Virus record (IMG/VR): IMGVR_UViG_3300031566_000035
Span: 1 to 57,447 of that record
Source: a virus
Taxonomy: Duplodnaviria; Caudoviricetes
Reading direction: 5' to 3' (one strand)
DNA length: 57,447 bases
The first letter of the stretch is position 1, and the number at the start of each line of letters is the position of its first letter. Made by a program: the position numbers and the translations under genes. The notes below the pieces were generated by a model. That model saw nothing but the letters and a program-made list of their open reading frames with translations. It did no database searches and was not told where the DNA came from. Of this stretch, positions 56,896-57,447 are shown one piece after another.

Positions 56896-57447
56896 GATGT
56901 ACATAGATATAGGCGATGGGTACAATGAATTTTACCCGGATAAGATAGAACCGTTCCGTAGGGGCGGGGATGCTTCCGGTATAACGAGATATATCTTTCG
57001 GTATTCATGGGGAAAGCTCTCTGTATCCAATGACACACAAATGTACGAATCCACTGGTGATGACGTGTACAGGCTTTATGATATTGTAAATTCTTATAAG
57101 CCAACCTTTGAGGTCAAAGTAAAGTTAGTATCGGATTCATTGGAAATAGAAGGATATTTTGGTATAAATGACTGTGAATTTGATGATGATAAAAAGATAT
57201 TCGATGTAAAACCAACTATATTAGATATATACACGCCATTATTCGAGAACTGGGAGACAAAGATTGATTTTTCAGGCGTTGATTTCGATGCGCTTCCTAC
57301 GGAATTAAACGTAAAAGAGGTAGGATTGAAACCTATTGATGATTGGACTGTTGTTGAATATTACTTTCTCACTAACAGAAGGGGCAGGGGCAGGGGGGGC
57401 GTTGTTGCTGGTTATGCTCCAATGGTAAAAATTCCAGTAAATACTTA
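56885..57447 (+). CDS. N-terminal part of large tail/baseplate protein (continues at window start)
   Basis: Open frame MRHKMYIDIGDG...EVGLKPIDDW from ATG 56885, 147 codons before the LKPIDD shared with ORF 11..2299; missing from the ORF track because it wraps. Confidence 0.85.
   Translation, partial: MRHKMYIDIGDGYNEFYPDKIEPFRRGGDASGITRYIFRYSWGKLSVSNDTQMYESTGDDVYRLYDIVNSYKPTFEVKVKLVSDSLEIEGYFGINDCEFDDDKKIFDVKPTILDIYTPLFENWETKIDFSGVDFDALPTELNVKEVGLKPIDDWTVVEYYFLTNRRGRGRGGVVAGYAPMVKIPVNT
57316..57447. repeat. Terminal direct repeat, right copy
   Basis: Same sequence as 1-132; the reading frame from 56885 continues in frame into ORF 11..2299. Confidence 0.95.

Noticed and set aside
491-57104. 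Numerous short minus-strand ORFs in the track
   Set aside because: They are antisense shadows of well-supported plus-strand genes with no motifs; only terS and terL are accepted on minus
1-57447. Phage-encoded integrase/IntI, reverse transcriptase (DGR) or DNA polymerase
   Set aside because: No ORF of suitable size shows tyrosine-recombinase, YxDD or polymerase motifs by eye; an HMM search is needed to be certain
1-57447. Alternative genetic code (stop-codon reassignment)
   Set aside because: Core genes such as terminase, portal, capsid and tape measure are full length in the standard code; the small ORFs are explained by cassette structure

Overview
The window is essentially a complete, circularly permuted genome of a ~57.3 kb tailed dsDNA phage: bases 1-132 repeat 57316-57447, and one tail gene runs across the join. 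The host is probably a Bacteroidota, judging from TAnnTTTG promoters, A-rich leaders without Shine-Dalgarno motifs and Gln at +1 of signal peptides. Modules are tail/fibre (56.9 kb wrapping to 7.4 kb), lysis (8.3-10.4 kb), recombination and lambdoid-type replication (12.8-31 kb), putative early genes (36.6-38.5 kb), terminase on the minus strand (42.2-43.9 kb), and HK97-type head plus long-tail genes (44-57 kb). I found no integrase, integron integrase or DNA polymerase. The main finding is that most small accessory genes between 16 and 41.4 kb sit in four arrays of integron-like gene cassettes, with about 30 attC-like AAC...GTT hairpins alternating with GTT...AAC bodies whose ends are complementary. 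The arrays look inverted relative to classical integrons. ORFs often start inside, or lie wholly inside, the attC loop, they read through the GTT arm and stop at TAAC, and three arrays end in the same 17-bp attI-like site. Also present are a dif-like XerCD site with an inverted partner, a two-frame cytosine methyltransferase, a tRNA minihelix and structural-module proteins with signal peptides. All calls come from reading the sequence by eye; no database searches were run.
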